Of a DNA stretch of 64,000 nucleotides, positions 63,040 to 64,000 are shown piece by piece. A program made the translations under genes and the position numbers. Source of the stretch: Setoptus koraiensis (Eukaryota > Animalia > Arthropoda); the NCBI GenBank assembly GCA_048013815.1, contig CM106586.1, forward strand, positions 4,092,001-4,156,000. The letters run 5' to 3'. Within the stretch, counting starts at the first letter, position 1. The number at the start of each line of letters is the position of its first letter. Under the pieces are notes generated by a model. It made no database searches. It saw only the letters and a program-made list of their open reading frames with translations, and was not told where the DNA came from.

Positions 63040-64000
63040 CTAATAGATTCTGTGATTTAGGTATCGAGTGGAAGTTGGTGTATAAATGTCTATCAGTTAA
63101 ATCATTAAAAAGTCCCAAATCATGATAAATATCGCTCGTCTTCTGATAATCCACTGTTAATTGTTTCACACCGTCATATAAGCTCTGGGCTGTCCGCAGA
63201 AGGTCTTTATCTACGTTTATTTGTGTACGTGATTGAGCTCCACCATTTATACAGCCTGATGGGCATGCCATCACCTCAACGTAGTCGTATTTCAAACCAT
63301 TTCGTTTGAACCTCTGAACGAGAGTCTGTATATTCCTGAATCCGTTGACGACAGCAAATCTAAGAAGAGGTTTCTCGGACGCTGACTGAGAATTGAATAA
63401 TTCCAACTCAACAAAGTCGCTGTTTCGACAAATAGTGCGTCTGATGTCAGGTATAACGTCAGGAAATAGTATTTGAGCTGCACAAGTTAGTATATTTTGT
63501 GCGTAACCACCCGAGCTTGATCCCGGGTGAGATGTTAATGATGACATTTCTTTCAGTAAGGCCAGAGGATGGGGGAGAGTGTCAAGTTTTCTTCTATTTA
63601 GGCTCATCAATGTCACCTCTTCTCTTTCCATTATTGATTCTATTTCGATAGGAGTAAGGACTAGATCCACATCTTTAGATCCATCTTGAGAATCTTGGAA
63701 ATCTTCTCTAGATGCCTCGAGCTTTTTATCAAAGCAAGGCATGATCGTTACGTGATAAATCTTCTTCGCATTAGTAATTATTTGGTCTGGCATGGGCAAA
63801 CGTTTGAGGAGGCTGGCCATAATTTGTTGAGGGCTTTTAACACGGCTCAATTTTGGAATAAGCAGCTCACCATGAGTCTTCTCCACATAACAGACCCAAC
63901 CAGGACAGGTAGAGTTAAGAACTGGCAGGTTGTTTTCTTTGAATTTATCAACAAATTCTCTAGTCGACTCTAATAGACTTATGTGTCGAGCTAGATTTAT
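63029..64000 (-). CDS. CIAO3: Cytosolic Fe-S assembly component 3 (NAR1/NARFL/IOP1, hydrogenase-like), 5'-truncated by the window edge
   Basis: [56 protein letters not shown]. The frame is open to position 64000. Confidence 0.95.
   Translation of the reverse strand: MNLARHISLLESTREFVDKFKENNLPVLNSTCPGWVCYVEKTHGELLIPKLSRVKSPQQIMASLLKRLPMPDQIITNAKKIYHVTIMPCFDKKLEASREDFQDSQDGSKDVDLVLTPIEIESIMEREEVTLMSLNRRKLDTLPHPLALLKEMSSLTSHPGSSSGGYAQNILTCAAQILFPDVIPDIRRTICRNSDFVELELFNSQSASEKPLLRFAVVNGFRNIQTLVQRFKRNGLKYDYVEVMACPSGCINGGAQSRTQINVDKDLLRTAQSLYDGVKQLTVDYQKTSDIYHDLGLFNDLTDRHLYTNFHSIPKSQNLLVNW

Noticed and set aside
63659-63671. miR-279-like 13-mer GACTAGATCCACA
   Set aside because: Antisense to the CIAO3 CDS, partial match, no hairpin.

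Overview
Eukaryotic, arthropod-like DNA. The gene set, intronless housekeeping genes and short introns suggest a compact mite genome, but that assignment is inference. There are three compositional zones. (1) 1-12 kb is AT-rich and holds eIF1 (-), a very long intronless YTHDF (+) and CDK7 (-). eIF1 and YTHDF diverge, and each start codon sits 13-24 bp from one arm of a near-perfect ~680-bp inverted duplication that encloses a 1.44-kb spacer, so the two translation regulators share a copied leader/promoter. (2) ~12.5-54 kb is a GC/CpG- and microsatellite-rich, apparently gene-poor domain around an intronless NET/Noc-Elbow-like gene (46508-48070, -). It contains many short tandem arrays of transcription-factor-like motifs, often with 10-11 or 20-22 bp periods, plus several perfect palindromes and hairpins. 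(3) 54-64 kb is AT-rich again. A divergent ARL13-like gene (four exons, 60008 to 49620, -) carries an orphan 2-TM/PPxY gene nested antisense in its 8.6-kb first intron. A minimal KLF gene (+) overlaps the 3' end of CIAO3/NAR1 (-, runs off the window) by 11 bp. I found no rRNA, tRNA, CRISPR array or intact transposase. All alignments and counts were done by eye, with no database searches.
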